Source of the DNA: an uncultured Candidatus Saccharibacteria bacterium
GTDB taxonomy: Bacteria > Patescibacteriota > Saccharimonadia > Saccharimonadales > Saccharimonadaceae
Length of the DNA stretch: 64,000 bases
Direction of reading: 5' to 3'
NCBI GenBank assembly: GCA_963704675.1
Contig: OY969928.1
Location: 631,539-695,538, forward strand
A model generated the notes under the pieces. That model was not told the origin of the DNA. It did no database searches and saw only the letters and a list, made by a program, of their open reading frames with translations. The first letter of the stretch is position 1. Every line of letters begins with the position of its first letter. Of this stretch, positions 63,227 to 64,000 are shown one piece after another. The position numbers and the translations under genes are program-made.

Positions 63227-64000
63227 TTATAGCTCTCCCCAGTTTGCCCCTACTTTAATATCGACCTTAAGTTCAACTGGCAACTCGTAAATACGCTCCA
63301 TCGTTTGTTGCATAATATACGACGCCTCTTCAGCATTCTCTCTTGGTACTTCTACTAGGATTGAATCGTGTACCTGTAAAAGCTGTTCACCAAAGTTTAC
63401 TAAGCGCTCTTCAACTTGCAGCATGGCCATTTTCATTAAATCAGCCTCGGTGCCTTGAATCGGCATATTCATAGCGGCCCTTTTAGCAGCCTCTCGAACC
63501 ATAAAATTACTTGATTTCAAATCAGGAGTGGGCCGACGACGACCAAAGAGAGTTTGTACATAGCCATCGGTTAATGCCTGTTTAACGGTATTATCCATGT
63601 AATCACGAACTGGTTGACGAAGCGCAAAATATGCATCAATGAAAGCCTTGGCTTCATCTCGTGTCATGCCAGTAGCAACACTGAGACCATGCGGGCTCAT
63701 GCCATAAAGAATACCGAAATTCACTACTTTAGCATTACGACGCTGCTCTTTGCTAACTTGCTCGAGCGGCACGCCATAGACTTCGGCAGCGGTCGCCGTA
63801 TGAATATCAAGCCCTTCATTAAAATCCTCAATCATTTTCTTATCGCCGGCAAGAACGGCGGCCAATCGAAGCTCAAACTGGCTATAATCAGCACTAATAA
63901 ATACATTGCCCTCAGCCGGCACAAATGCTGCTCGAATAGCATTACCAATATCAGTTCGAGTCGGAATATTTTGCAAATTAGGATCTCTTGAGCTCAAGCG
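63227..64000 (-). CDS. polA: DNA polymerase I, C-terminal polymerase domain (5' part lies outside the window)
   Basis: ..DPNLQNIPTRTD.., ..DYSQFELRLAA.., ..RRNAKVVNFGILYGMS.., ..QVHDSILVE.. are family A motifs A, B and C. Confidence 0.9.
   Translation of the reverse strand, partial: RLSSRDPNLQNIPTRTDIGNAIRAAFVPAEGNVFISADYSQFELRLAAVLAGDKKMIEDFNEGLDIHTATAAEVYGVPLEQVSKEQRRNAKVVNFGILYGMSPHGLSVATGMTRDEAKAFIDAYFALRQPVRDYMDNTVKQALTDGYVQTLFGRRRPTPDLKSSNFMVREAAKRAAMNMPIQGTEADLMKMAMLQVEERLVNFGEQLLQVHDSILVEVPRENAEEASYIMQQTMERIYELPVELKVDIKVGANWGEL

Noticed and set aside
1-64000. CRISPR array, rRNA, transposase/IS, reverse transcriptase/DGR, or alternative genetic code (UGA recoding, as in some CPR lineages).
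   Set aside because: I found no regularly spaced short repeats, no rRNA-like segments, and no DDE/RT motifs in any listed ORF. Long conserved proteins (PilB, PNPase, FtsK, RNase J) are intact under the standard code, and TGA is used as a stop (for example at 29702-29704 and 48415-48417).

Overview
The window reads as a low-GC, gene-dense chromosome segment. Hand counts on sample 60-nt lines give roughly 38-47% GC. It looks like a monoderm CPR/Patescibacteria-type organism, most consistent with Saccharibacteria (TM7); that assignment is inference from gene content. The backbone is mostly on the minus strand. It carries housekeeping genes (ndk, xerC/D-like, ychF, tlyA-like, efp, rpsF-ssb-rpsR, ftsK, rnj, UDG4, pnp, rpsO, truB, rpsT, holA, mutM, dut, polA fragment), one tRNA-Arg(CCU), and a complete secretin-less type IV pilus locus at about 5.2-16.6 kb (pilM-N-O, pilB, pilT, pilC, pilA, pilD, four minor pilins and a PilX-like protein). 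The most unusual feature is a set of at least seven short, sharply bounded high-GC islets (about 55-70% GC by hand count), each holding 1-3 genes and wedged between conserved housekeeping genes. Several islet genes carry actinobacterial hallmarks. These are a WhiB-like Fe-S regulator inserted between rpsO and pnp, an LAETG sortase-anchored Thr-rich surface protein, a Tat-signal M23-like peptidase, and a 5 kb three-component glycosylation island (GtrA-2xGT2 fusion, GT-C/PMT_2-like membrane transferase, Ppm1/GtrB-like synthase). Four ORFs in the islets are orphans of unknown function. Most islets share one architecture: an AT-rich near-consensus sigma70-type promoter, a GGAGG-type RBS, a GC-rich ORF, and a long perfect GC-rich hairpin without a U-tract. 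Other points of interest are a phage tail-fibre-like/GH5 operon preceded by a structured leader, an 18-nt duplication of the tRNA-Arg 3' end, a 17-bp inverted repeat bracketing one orphan gene, a structured rnj leader, and a decayed gene region. No CRISPR array, rRNA, transposase or reverse transcriptase was seen. All family calls come from motif recognition by eye, so they need HMM/BLAST confirmation.
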